Below are positions 1 to 12,855 of a stretch of 64,000 nucleotides of DNA, piece by piece. Made by a program: the position numbers and the translations under genes. The notes under the pieces are model-generated. The model saw only the letters and a list, made by a program, of their open reading frames with translations, was not told the origin of the DNA and ran no database searches. Position 1 is the stretch's first letter. Each line of letters starts with the position of its first letter. This DNA is from Heptranchias perlo (lineage: Eukaryota): positions 41,168,001-41,232,000 of the forward strand of contig NC_090335.1 in the NCBI RefSeq assembly GCF_035084215.1. The letters are read 5' to 3'.

Positions 1-567
1 CAAGCCACTTTGATGCTCTGACACTGTACACAGGACATGGAAGTACAGCCAGAAAAGAAACATAATGGTTTAAAAAAAATTTAAAGATAAAGAGCCTGGA
101 TTCCTTTCTGAACTAGCACGCAATTTGGGACGGATTTGGAGTGATAAACAGAGGAAATTACCGCCTCAAATCCGCCACAAAAAACCTAAACCTGAATTCT
201 CTTCGCAAAAACGCAGCAGTTCCCAAAAGGCTGTGGATGCTGATCCTCATTCTCAATAGTCCTCAGTGTCTCAGCCAATAACACCACTCTGACTGTCCAA
301 CTAATTCCTTGTGAATGGGTGTCTCTGTGCTGGTGCTTGCGCAAGTAAGATGCCGGTATGGATTTGATGACAATGTGGCACTTGATCTTGAAGTGCCCAG
401 GTGGTCATCGGAGTGGCTGGTCTCTTCCTCCAAGACACACCCTAATGTATGAAAGACAGAAGAGCTTGGTTGACCTTGAAGAAATAACAGGTCAGTATAC
501 TGCACTGCAATACTTTAAGAAAGCACAAGAAGCTGAAACTACATATAATAAGCCTTGCCCAGCATTT

Positions 568-845
568 ACATAGGCACAGGAATAGGTAATTCAGCCCCTC
601 GAGTCTGTTAGAATCATAGAAAATTTACAGCACAGAAGGAGACCATTTGGCCCATCGTGTGCATGCCGGCCGTTCTGCTATTGAATTAGATCATGGCTGA
701 TCTGTACCTCAACTCCATTTACTCGCCTTTGATCCATATCCCTTGATATTCTTACCTAATAAAAATTTGTCGATCTCAGTCTTGAAAATTTCAATTGACC
801 CAACATCCACAGCCTTTTGGGAGAGAGAATTCCGGATTTCCACTA
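568..845 (-). mobile_element. CR1 LINE 3' end fragments (two nested 3' tails)
   Basis: Reverse-complement CR1 3' UTR motifs (cagcccctcgag, atcatggctgatct, gagagaattcc) interrupted by a second tail (agaatcatagaaaatttacagcacagaagg). Similar to the tails at 55251 and 41937. Confidence 0.7.
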
Positions 846-1329
846 CCTTATAACGTATTTTTAATTTCCCTTATACCACCATTCCAACATTCTCTTGACT
901 CCAACCTTGCCTCTCCTACAGGCTCTTCTGTTCATCTGCCTATTATGTCTAATGCCTCCTCTCCCTGCAGACCCAGGGTTTTCTGTGATGGTGATCCTCC
1001 CCCAATTTTTTTTTCCTTTGGAAGGAGAGAAGACAATGTCACAGGTCTGTAAGTGTAATGGAGGCTTGCCTCATCTAAGGTCCTGCAAGCAATGATAATG
1101 AGAGATGAAGGTCCCTTGCCCCTTTAAAAGAAGTATCCTTGAAGACTAGCAGAAGCCCCTGTGGAAAGCACAGCGAGTTGAGAGTGATTTTAAGTAAAGT
1201 GTTTGGCGAAGTTGCCCTGAACAAAAATGAGTTTCCCTGCCACCCAGGTGCTGAAAGATAAAGAAAGATTATCTCTACAACAACAACCACCTAATAAACA
1301 TCAGTCAACATGGATTCAGAAGAAGTAGA

Positions 1330-1960
1330 TCTTGCCTGACTGACTACCCCAACCTCTGTGAGGGAATAACACCTCAAGTAGATTATGGAAAGCCCTATGA
1401 TGTGTACTTTGATTTCCAAATGGCTTTTTGACAAAGTTCCACATGAAGGGCGATTAGTTAAAATTAAAGCTGTGGGCATTCAGAGTAAACCTTGGGAATG
1501 GATAAGAAATTGGTGGAAGCATAGGAAACATTGAGATATGTCAGAGTCAGGGAAAATACTCACTGGAGTGCCTCAGGGCTCACTGTTGAGACCACTACTG
1601 TTTCTAAGTAACATAAATGGCCTCGATTAAGGAAATAATTGCAAAATGGTCAAATTTAGAGACAATATCCACCTGGAGAGGCAGTGAAATCACAAGAGAC
1701 AGCCAGAAATTACAGAATGAATTGGACAAAATATGTAAGTGGGCAGAGCAATGGCAGTTGAAATTTAATGCAGACAAGTGTAAAGTGCTACACATAGTAA
1801 GGAAAGATAGGTAACATGTATATTCAATGAATGGTGTTGAAATAACTAAAGATAGGTAACATGTATATTCAATGAATGGTGTTGAAATAACTAAAGATGA
1901 AGCTGGAAGAGAGCTAGGAGTCTTAGTAGACTCACCGCTAAATATGTCTAATATCACTGC
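1330..1960 (+). mobile_element. Old degenerate CR1 RT fragment
   Basis: Remnants of DF..AFDKVPH, GVPQGS and LQNELDKICKWAEQWQLKFNADKCKVLH, broken by frameshifts. Confidence 0.8.
1803..1898 (+). repeat. Perfect 45-bp tandem duplication
   Basis: aaagataggtaacatgtatattcaatgaatggtgttgaaataact at 1803-1847 and 1848-1892, followed by aaagat. Confidence 0.95.
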
Positions 1961-2693
1961 GTGTTACCTGTAATCAAATGTAATGTTCAGCCTGCAGCTA
2001 TTATGGAACAGCCAGAATATTTATCTTTTAATTTAAAAACACTACCCAGTATTCAGCACATTAAAATGATTAAACCCCACCATGATTGCTGCTGTTATAG
2101 TGTCCAACAATATAGGCTGTTTCCCAGCTCCTGCCTAAATCAGCTGCTGAGGAGAATAAAAGGCTGCAAATGCCTGACACGGCCATGTGTGACCAGAAGA
2201 GCTTTGCTGAGGTGCATTATTGGCTTTGCCTCAGCACAGAGCAGGAAGTTTAAATCCCATGGTGATATTTGTCAGCTGAGAATGACAGGGAACAGTGGGC
2301 TCAAAACACTTCAAGTTGAGGATTGGCAAGTATGTAACAGTGCTCTCCAGGTAATATCCCTGCTACCCACCATGTTTCAGCCACTATATCCAGTTGCTAC
2401 GTGAGGCATTCTGGCACACTTGACCTTCAGGTACTGTTGGAGGAATTTAAAAAAGCAAGTTTTCATCAGCAAACGCTGATGTGCAAACAGCACCTCCGAA
2501 CCACTGATTGTTCGCTTAATGGTTGACGTCTATGGTCCAGCAATGTAGGGTGTGTTGATGTCCCAAAATAACATATTCATCAGAACTAGCCATGGTCTAA
2601 GCTAGTGAAATGCTGAGGCATGCCGGTATGGTGTGGGCACAGTGTGACCCAGTTTGGGAGAATATCGTGCTTGAGTGAAACACAGAAGATATT

Positions 2694-4752
2694 GGGCATC
2701 ATTTTAGCACCCGCTATCGGGTGCGTTCCTGGCGGGGGGGGGCTCTGAAAATCAGAGAATCCCAGAGTGGGTCGGGAGCCCGACTCCAACCCACCCACTT
2801 CCGGGTTCCCCACTGACGCGCCGGCGTGTGCACGCAGCCCCCGCTGGTGGGAATCCCGCAGGCAATTAAAGCCAGCGGGATGCCACTTGACGCTATTTAC
2901 TTTGCTTGTTCAGGTCATTAACTGACCTGATTAAGGGATTATGTGAGGAGGGGTGGGATTTTAAAGCAAACTGGGACTGTTTCCCACACTGGGGGAAACA
3001 CTCCCAGTTCAAATGGACCTGTTGCAGCTGTCAGCCTGTGGCAGCTGCAGAGGTCCATTTGACAGGTGTGGGGGGGACCCTCACTCATTGCAGGAGGCCA
3101 CTCTGTTACTTGGGACAAAGTTTGGCCTCCACCACCCTCCTCCTGACAATCAAAGTCACCAACTTGCACACTTACCCCGGGGTCCAGAGACATGTACCTA
3201 CCTTGCGGACCCCCTCAGATGTACATCTTCCAGATGGGGGCCGCCGTAGCTGCAGTCATGACCTCCTCGGAGGGCGAACAGCATCACCAGCCTTACCAGC
3301 CTCGCCATCCATGCCGTCCATCTCTGACACGTGGAGCTCCACAACAGAGTGCTGTGACACATCCACCCATACAGCAGGAGGGAGGGCTACCGCAGAGAGA
3401 GACGCGTCGCAGAGGGCACTACCCTCGCCACAGGGTCCACAGACCGAGGCTCAGCTTCCTGGACCTCTCTGAGCAGCAGTGCACACGGAGGCTCAGAGTC
3501 ACTCGACATGTAGTCGTGGACATCTGCAGCCTCCTTCATGCCAAGCTGCTCCTGGCTGGCCCGAGCACTATCTTCTTACCTGTCGCTGTCAAAGTCACCA
3601 CTGCCCTCCACAACTTCTCCTCCGCATCCTTCCAGGGTGCCACCGGGGCATCACCGACGTCTCTCAGCCGTCTGCACAAAAGAGCCCTGCAAATACACCT
3701 ACACCCACTCTGCAGTGACACAATGGGTGGTATCAGTTGTGGGTCTTCATTGTGATCCTCAGGAAAGGGCATTATTGCACAGACCAGACAAGATTCGCAA
3801 AGACATGGCAGTAGTGGTGCCAATATAATATGTAATGTGAGTTGGTCAGAGATTCAATATAAGTACCAACCATGACAAACCCTCAAACACCCTTGTGCAC
3901 CCCCTTCATGCTCACGACACGTTTGCCTTACGCTGCCTACTGCACATATGTGATGCATGCCCTGTGGCTGCAGCACAGGTAGTGGCAGGTTGAGTGAGGC
4001 TGACCGTGAAAGAGACGCACGAGAGGGTGAGTATGAGATAGAGCCATGAGATTGTATGAGGATTGGGTTGAGTGGTAGTGGTGGGATGAGTACTGGCGAG
4101 GTGAGTAAGTGCAGGTAAGATGAGGATGAGGTTTGAGTGGGTGTGAGGGGTGATGTGACAGAGTAGTGTTGGCAGTGCAGAAGGAGATGTGGGGTGGGGG
4201 CGATGATGTGGCAGACGGAGTGTAGGGGAAAGAGTTAGTGTACTCACTTCGGCTGACCTACTCAGGTCATTGGAGTGCCTCCTGCATTGTATGCAGGTGG
4301 GCGATATGTTGGTGGTGCAGGTGACCTCCTCTGCCACCTCGAGCCAGGCCTTCTTGGTGGCAGAGGCAGGCCGCTTCCTCCCGCCCGCCAGGGGGGAAGA
4401 TCTCTGTCCTCCCCCTTCTCCTCACCCCGTGTATTGATACCTGGAGTGAGGCATCATTAAACTGGGAGCAGCCTTCCCCCTGGGCTGCTCCATGCTGTAA
4501 TTTTTTCTATTTGTTGCAGCATCTGTCAGTGGAGGACTGCCCCTTTAAATAGAGCTCCTCCAGCTGACAGATCTTACTGCGCATGCGCAGCCCGCCCGAC
4601 ACGCAGATCAGCAGTGGGGAACCCGGAGGACAGGTAAGTGAATCCAATTGGGCTACAATCGCGCGGGTGGCTGACTGATTTCGCCGGGCGCGTTACCCAC
4701 GCGCCCGATAGCCCCCCCGCCAAGAACCCGCAGCCCTGGTAACATCGAGCCC
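2694..4752. mobile_element. Internally deleted Harbinger/PIF DNA transposon (2059 bp)
   Basis: Imperfect TIRs GGGCATCATTTTA and rc GGGCTCGATGTTA, with an ATT TSD on both sides. + strand 5' part of a HARBI1-like transposase (RPRLSFLDLSEQQC..VAVKVTTALHNFSSASFQGATG). Convergent - strand Myb/SANT 5' part at ~4240-4490. Confidence 0.85.
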
Positions 4753-5916
4753 ATTACTTCAGCCCTGAGTATTAAACTTTATTTTTTAATCCATGTGCAA
4801 TGTCATGGGATACCACTAGCATTAATTAAAAATGACAGAAGGATTTGATTAAAGAAAGTTTAAAGAAAGTAAAATAAAACTGGAATGGCAGTTTACTTTT
4901 AATTCATATGTCAGACATTTTGAACAATTTTCAAAGTTTTTTTGTTCATTTTTTAAAACTGAAGAAGGCCTATTGTATTAAGTCTGTAATTAGTGGGAAA
5001 AGTGAGGTAGGAGAGCAAAAGCCTTTGAACTAAAGATTTACGGTTGGTTTGGAGGATGGCACATGGAATTTTTTTTCCAAATTTGTGTCCATGTGACATT
5101 TTTTGTGACCATGAAGTAACATTTTCTTATTCTATACTGACCACACGTGTGCTGTCAAGTATCATCAATAACATAGGTAGCTCACCTCAGTATAGTGACT
5201 AAAATACATCAGTTGTTCTGATCAGTACTTTTGAAATGCTCCCTTTTGTTAGAGCTGCCTTGAATATCTTGAGTATTCTCCATATAATAGAATGTGAAAC
5301 CATGTAGTAAATGAAATGTATTAGTCTAGCTGGTAATTAATGCTGGAGTGTTGGCTTTCCATTCAGAAGCCTGGGTTTGAATCCTAGCCTTGACTGTCAC
5401 TAGAATTTGATTTCCCTCAATGGGTGAATTTTGCTACCTATCATCTCAACAGCACGAGCATTCTATCTCTGGTGGGGGAGGAAGATTAGAGGGTCATCTA
5501 TCAGAAACAGCCATATTAGACCTCCTCATACCTGTCCATCATGGCTTAGAATTCACAGGTGTCAGTGACTCCAGAGTTCAGCATGTCCTCTCTTCCAGGC
5601 TTATATAAGACATGTGATAGTGTTGGAGATGGGCAGAAAAGTGAGGTGAAATTTTTTTCAAAAAAGTTCTTGTTGTTTGCCACAGAAAATAATGCAAATA
5701 ATTTTGAGAATGGGTGTAAAACAAGACACTAAGTAATACTCCACATACTTGCAACTGGAGGGGAGCCACAGCAGCCTCATAACAACATAAATTTCCCTTC
5801 TTAAAAATGTACTCTGCATCTCTACCATTTTATTTCTTATTGCGCAGATATGATTCTCACATTAGCGCTTTTCAGTCAGGAGCCTGTTAAAGCTTACTGT
5901 GTCCATGTGTTTGAAT

Positions 5917-6338
5917 GGGTACGGTAGTGTAGTGGTCATGTTATTGGACTAGTAATCCAGAGAATGTGAGTTCAAATCCTACCATGACAGTTTGAGAGTT
6001 TGAATTCAGTTTTAAAAACCTGGGAATAAAAAAGCTGGTGCCAGTAAAAGTGACCAGGAAGCTGTTGGATTGTTGTAAAAATTTAATTGGTTCATTAATG
6101 TCTTTTAGGGAAGGAAACCTGCCGTTTTTACCTGGTCTGGCCTATATGTGATTCCAGCCCCACACCAGCATGGTTGACTCTTAACTGTCCTCTGAAGTGA
6201 CTTAGCAAGCCACTTAGTTGTATCAAACCACTACCAGGGATTCGAGAAGAAGACCCACCACCACCAGAAACTAGGGATGGACAATAAAATGTCATCCTTT
6301 CCAGCAATGCCCACATCCCGAAAATGAATTTAAAAAAA
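5917..6338 (+). mobile_element. tRNA-derived SINE with CR1-type 3' tail
   Basis: A box (tagtgtagtgg) and B box (gttcaaatcc). Its 3' tail (caccaccacc..ctagggatgg..aataaa..gcccacatccc..gaatt-A rich) matches the 3' end of the LINE at 39090-39205. Confidence 0.8.
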
Positions 6339-6778
6339 CAGAATAGGTGGCATAAATGTTCAGTTTGGTTTTACTATGGAGGTTTGCTCTGCTTTGGAAA
6401 TAACCGTGGTAGTATCTTTCTGACAGCTCCATGCCAAACTATATTATCAAAATTAAAGTACGGTGGCCGCGTTTCTAAGCACAAACAAGTAAAATAGTGC
6501 CCCAGTGGAACTTTTGCGACCCAGTTGTCAATAAGCCGCTTAGATCCACTGAAGAAACTACAGTCAGAGGGGTTATTGGTCAAGCACAGCAGACTGTGAA
6601 GTTCAACAACAGTGGTACAGAAGAGACTGAGAGTGTCCACCTGTGAAATTGAAATAACCACAATAGCATGTTGCCTTATAGCACTGTGACAACCGCTGCT
6701 AAATTGATCCAAAAGCCAAAGTTTCACTTGAGCTGGTTTTCCCTATGAATATTTTTACAGCACCTTTTGTCCTTTCAG

Positions 6779-6903
6779 CTCCCTCTCTGATTGGGTTTGT
6801 GAGGAAAGACTGGGCATCCCAGAACACTATTGGTCTGTCATGGCAGGAGCCAGAGCATCCAAATGGAATCATTCTGGACTACGAGATAAAGTACTATGAA
6901 AAA
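6779..6903 (+). CDS. EPHA6: EPHA6 internal coding exon (125 nt), N-terminal half of second FN3 repeat
   Basis: Acceptor cctttcag and donor gtaagg. Translates (A)[41 protein letters not shown], which matches the recalled EphA6 sequence [22 protein letters not shown]...[10 protein letters not shown]. Phase 1 start, phase 0 end. Confidence 0.95.
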
Positions 6904-9629
6904 GTAAGGATCCATTGAAAATGTCAGTGTACGGAATACATAGTTCCTGAGACATTTCACAGCTTAGAAAATTGACAACCTCACAATGAAACCTTATAAA
7001 GTTTAAAGAACTGGGTAAAAATTCCGGGCAGTGTTTTTAAATGAATTGAAATATTTCCTTCCCCATTAAAATTCTAAATGATGATTACTAAAGAAACAGA
7101 AACACAAATTAACTGTGCCTGATTTTCTGTTGCTGTGATTGGCTGTTCTAGTACTGGCCATTGCTAGTAATAAAGCACAGCACAAGTGTGGACTGTTCAC
7201 CCTTTGGCTTCCACTGTTAACTTTGACATTGTATCAAAGCATCAACAAGTAAAATCCCACAGACAATTACAATGGTAAATTCACCAATCCTCTGCTTCCA
7301 GTGGGGCACCATGCTGACCGGGAGTGTGGACTGAAGATCAGGCTACAACACAGTAGCATCATCTCCAAACCATCAGTCTCAGTTATCTATTGGCCATACC
7401 AATCCTAGATATGTGTACAGCAGTGGATACCTGGGAATGATTACAAGGCAGTAAAGTAATTGCAGGAACCTGAGGATATGCACAAATGATGTCATCACAG
7501 TGAAGCATGCAGCAGTTTCCATCCATCCATCATTGAACATTGAGATTGCAGCACTGATACCGTTCCCTGGCAGCTGCTATTTTTAACAGTGTTTAAACTG
7601 CATTTGGATTAGATTCAAATCTGCTTTAAGTTGGAAGTAGCTGGTGGCAGCAGATATCGGAGAGCTGCATGTCACTGATGTATGATGGCATCCACTTTAC
7701 AGGATTAGCAACTGGGATGTCAATATATATAAATAAAAAGTTTTGAGTATCCATCAAACACTGTACATGTGCAAATTTATGTGTCACAGTTTAAAACCAT
7801 ATAAAAAGAGAAAGGAAGCCATTCCCAGTTACAAAGAAACTTCTTTGTCAACAGAAAATAGCTTCTAATTGGCTTAAGAAGTCATACTTAAAAATGCTAT
7901 GTAAAAAGAGAGAAAGCTGGTATAGCCATTAATTGACCTGAGTATCTGGCAAAGTACGAGTAGTATCCAATTGACTAAAGGAAGACACAGCAATTATACC
8001 TTGTGGCATTAAAGGGACAAACTAAATTACACACCGCTACACTTCAGCAACAGGACAATGTATTGTGTGTTAAATCGTGTAATGACCCTGTCCTTTAAAA
8101 CAGTGTAGCCTTCTACCTACCATAAGCAGTGCCATGGGAGATCCACTAGTATGTTTTACGTCAATAACATCAGTTGCACTTTACCCATCATACTTTAAAG
8201 TGTCAAAGGTACCAAAAAGAGAAAGAAAGCCATTTATTTGCTGGAATTAGATTTACCAGCACATCCCAATCTGCTCTCTTCCCTCAACAACAATTTACCA
8301 CTAACTTGACCTCTCAACATTTACAGAAATGACCTGAAAGTGACAGGACCAGTTAAACACTTTCTTAGCAACAGAATAATACGTTGTCCATTACATGCTA
8401 TAATGTTCCTGTCATTATTAACAGTATATCTTCTGATTTAGCATGAGCAATGCCATGGGAAGTTCACCAGGTTAAAGTAATCTATCAGAATGCTACAATT
8501 CACCACTATGTCACAGAAGGTTGCAATAGAAATAATGTTCATCATCAGGTTAGTTCTAATTCATTCAAAGTACAGGTTCTTGTTCATAGCTCTTCCCTTC
8601 ACAACCCCACCTCAGTCCATCCCCTCCCTGACCACTAAAACTGGGAAAAAAAATCTTTTATCTCAACCCAAATTTTGGAGAATTGAATGAAAATTGCTTC
8701 CCAAGATTACCAGCAAAATAGATAATGTGCTCACAAAGCCCGCTAGATCACCAACAGCTGGTCATCTCAGGCATGCAGATCACCAGGAAAACAGACACTT
8801 ATAGCATACAACTCCTCCCCAGATGCTATGGAAATAACTGCATCAGGTATTTAGCTAGCAAGCCCCCTCTGAAATAAGGCAGAACAAACTGAAAAATCAG
8901 CAACCTGTCACTCTATTCCAACTGCTGATATACTAGTAACCACAGAAAAAGAATGGAAGTATATCAATATACTAGCACATTGTGGGAAGAACAGACAGAT
9001 GAAGAATATCTATATTCGTATGCATGTCATTTCTCTTAAGTCACAGTGCAGATGGCAGGACACTCTCAGACGGCAGCAGCTTAACTCAGGTTACAATATT
9101 ATTCTCACAGAGTCTATGACAATAGTTATAGAGGAGTGAAGTCAAGGTTGTAATGTAGTCCTAGGTTTCAAATGATGTCTGAGACCTGCAATTGGCTTCC
9201 AGTCTCAACACTCACTCCCGACTGCTTATTATTTTATGATGAGAAGAGTCTGGAATTACTATTAAACATCCACACTGAACACTCAAAACAACCTATCTTT
9301 CATAGATACAAAAAAATTCATCTGATGGACAAAGCAGTTACTTACACCAATTTTCTAATGGTCAATGGCCAATTGTGAAAGGACTTTTCGTAAAACACTT
9401 TACTGCATTCTGTTTCATTAAATTAACTAACGAAGACTGTTTGTTCTTTACGCAAGCCCATTTATTTTATACGTTATGTCCATTTCAGATTTTAAAGACC
9501 ATTAATAGTTTCTTACCAAAATTGATTAAAAATAGTTGTGGATTCCAATGAAATTAATTAATGTTGGAAACTGGATTACATATTGGGTTTGAGCAGCATT
9601 CTTTCACTTCTGACACTTGAATTAGAATG

Positions 9630-10100
9630 TAGCTCAGACTGATGAGATGAATGTCTTCTCTCCCTGATGGATATAAGGGTTCTAAGTAAAATATGTGTTC
9701 ATCATCTGAATCTAGCTACCTGTGAGAATCTATAGTACAAAGCTGCAGGCAATTTAGTACGAAATTCAATTCACTAAATTGGCAGTCTCACTAAGACAGG
9801 CCCCAGGATGACATGCTCTTCTGAGATTGGAGTCAAGGCACATTGGCAAAGATTTCCTCTGCAAACTAAATATAGAAAAAAATTGTGTTTTATAAGGAAA
9901 ATGTTTGCAATTTTGCTGCACCTAGTGTACCGAGAACATTTCTGAGGAAGCACGGAAGGGGCTTTACATCTGTTCTGTGTTATAACTGGAAGTGATGGTT
10001 ACTGACATTGGAAAACAGTTTTAGATCCATTCCCCAGTGCTGACATCCCTGATCATAAGGATCACAAAATTCACCCAAATAAATTTACAAAAAAAAATAC
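9630..10100 (+). mobile_element. Degenerate LF-SINE-like element
   Basis: Motifs ggcagtctca, aggcacattggca and terminal aaattcac..A-rich tail recall the LF-SINE consensus. Resembles 62815-63150. Boundaries approximate. Confidence 0.45.
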
Positions 10101-10213
10101 AAAATGTTTACATTTCTGTTGGGGGGAGGGGAATGGGTTAGACTTGTGCAGCCACTTAATCAGCAGTAGATTTTATTTTGATCTTCATGTAATTTATCCT
10201 TAATTTCATGCAG

Positions 10214-10376
10214 GAACACGAACAACTCAGCTACTCCTCTACAAGGTCCAAATCTTCCAGTGTAATCATTAATGGACTGAAGCATGCTACGAAATATGTA
10301 TTTCAGATCCATGCCCGGACTGCAGCTGGATATGGCAGTTACAGTCAGAAGTTTGAGTTTGAAACCGGAGATGAAT
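10214..10376 (+). CDS. EPHA6: EPHA6 internal coding exon (163 nt), C-terminal half of second FN3 repeat
   Basis: Acceptor tttcatgcag and donor gtaggt. Translates EHEQLSYSSTRSKSSSVIINGLKHATKYVFQIHARTAAGYGSYSQKFEFETGDE (part of ORF 10208..10516). In phase with the previous exon. EHEQL and YSQKFEFETGDE are EphA6-characteristic. Confidence 0.96.
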
Positions 10377-10603
10377 GTAGGTTTATATGGATTGTTGCCC
10401 ATAACTATTTACTTATGTTTGATTTAACATTTGGACACACTGTTACTTGTTTGCATTGTTCTATTTCACAGTGTAACTATAATTTCTTTTTTATAATCTA
10501 TAAACTTGTAAACTAAAAGATTAACAAAACTTTAACAGTTCTTATTGAGGCAGTTCATTATTACCTAACAGTTTTATCCCATGATGTGCTATGAAGGTAT
10601 TTT

Positions 10604-11409
10604 GGGCATGATTTTATCAAGGGAGTGGGGGAGGGTGTGGAACTCCTGAGGGAAAACCCAGAAGTTCGGATTTCCCAAACGTTCTTACGATTTTGACGTA
10701 AGGACATCTTTTATTTTTTTATGACTGTTTCCCGCTTGACAAGCCGGCCTGATTGACAGGTTGGTGAACAGCTAATTATTAGATGGGGGGTGGTCATGGT
10801 GGGGGGGGGGGGGGGGGGGGGGTAGACAGGGTTGGGAGTCATCGGGGGGGTCATTCACCAGGGGTCAAGGGTCAGGAGGGTCAGTCATCGGGGGCTCAAT
10901 CGTCGAGGGGGCGGTCGGTCATCGGGGGGCTCAGTCATTGGAGGTGTCAGTCATTGGGGGGATCAGGGGTCGTGGGGGGATTGGAAATCGTTGGGGCAAT
11001 CGGAGATCATGGGTGGAGAGTCGGAGATCGTGGGGGTGGTTGCTGCAGGTAGGCTTGTTGGGCCTGGGGGAAGCACTCTGGCTCCTCCAGGCCCACAAGC
11101 TGTGCTATAAAGGCACTTACCTGCTGTTTCGGGCCTTCTCGCCTCCTCTCACATGGCGTGAAGTAGAAGGCCCAGGAATCCCGGCCCTCAGGGGTTAAAA
11201 ACAAAAAGCCTGTCAAAATGGAGGCTCGCAGCCTCCTTGAAAGCTTTTACAGATCGACCTGCCTCCTAAGAGCGGGTTGGTCACCCGCACCGTGCTCTGC
11301 CTCCGTGAAAACTGGAAACGGATGGGTTGAGGCGAGTTTTAGATTTGTAAAATTTTTACTGCCCCCCCCGCCCCCAACCCACCCATTTTTCCCATTTACA
11401 ATCATGCCC
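10604..11409. mobile_element. Harbinger-type MITE (806 bp) with G-rich interior
   Basis: TIRs GGGCATGATTTTA and rc GGGCATGATTGTA. TSD TTT/ATT (one mismatch). No coding capacity. Poly-G and (tc)gggg repeats at 10783-11040. Confidence 0.8.
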
Positions 11410-12855
11410 ATTGTGATTGATGCCCATGTCACATGCATAACAGATTGAAAACAAATCTTATTTTTCTGATAATTTCAAAACCTGTACGTCAACAGTAGAT
11501 TACAATCATCAAATCCGAATCCAAATAAAAGCAACCAAAATGTTGCTTCTTTTACATCCCTTGCATTCCAGCTAATATTAGTTAATTCAACTAATGTTTT
11601 TGGATACTAGTTTACATCTGAATTCAGGCTCATTAAAAATTGATTTACCCAAATATACCAAGATATAAGTATAATACTTCAAATTACTTATATTGCACAA
11701 ATAAGGTATAGCTCACAACTGCCATGCACAGAGTCATTTGGCACTTTCCTAGTTCTTGTTATGCTGACTTGCTTCCCTTTTCTTTAAAAGACTGGTTAGT
11801 GCCCGAGGGGAAGCGTTTCTCCATGACTGTTGCACTTGTGTGCCAGTAAAACCATGTCATGGGATAGAAGTTGGCAATAGTACTTTGTTGCCAAATATTT
11901 CTTTTACAAGATAATGGGACAGAGTTTTGCTACTTGGCAGCTCATTTGTCTGGCATTTCTCCTCTAGAATCTCATACAAAATGAAGCAGTCGAAAAGGGA
12001 AGTTTCCCTAATAAGTTACATTTTCTCTTGTTGACCAGTCCATCAAAACCTGAAAATTAAACAAAATGAGTTTGCTGAAAAAGGGAAAAAAGTAGCAAAT
12101 ATTAGCATAATTACTTTATATGCATAAAAATGGCATATATTTTTCCTTTTGATTAAAATTATAATAATTTGTTTTATTTAAATATGTGTATTTTGGTTAC
12201 CAACCAAAATTCTGTGAAAAATTCTAAGGTAATACTACATTGTTAACATTAGTGTTGAATCGTAACCAGCTGACACTGGAGGAAGCTGAAGCCTTACTGC
12301 TGCTCAGGTATAGTGTTAATAGCTTATGTCAAAATACCAAAAGAAATTCTGTATTAACACAAACCTACATGTTACACTATAGCATGGTGCATTACTTAAA
12401 TGAGTGTGGATGAGTTACATTTTGTTTCATCTTAACCTTGCAATTTATTTATCTTACATACGTATCAGATATGTCCATATGCCACCTGAAGGCACCCGAA
12501 CGGTCAAGTTATGACCAATATGCTTCAATATGCTAATATGTAGCTTCTGTTATTGCACCTTTTGTTGTACCTGTGACATGCTGCATGCAACATTAAAACA
12601 TTGCTACACTTCAATGGTGTGAAAAGACACACACTAGGAAATACATGTCTACATAGTGAAGGATATTGTACTGGTAGTGTCGCTTTATTGTGGGCCACTA
12701 CATGTGTAATTATGTAATTTTGCTTGTAATATAAAACCAGTAATGCAACACTACGAAGCAATATTGTACCTGTTATATATTTTAATATATCTTTTATTGT
12801 TTAAATGTAGAAAAATCAGGTAACACTGGTAAACTTTTTTAAACATTAAAGGATT

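Noticed and set aside
5917-5990. Possible tRNA gene
   Set aside because: Has A/B boxes but no complete cloverleaf and continues into a SINE body and LINE-like tail.
10783-11216. Gly-rich ORFs
   Set aside because: They arise from the G-rich interior of a MITE.
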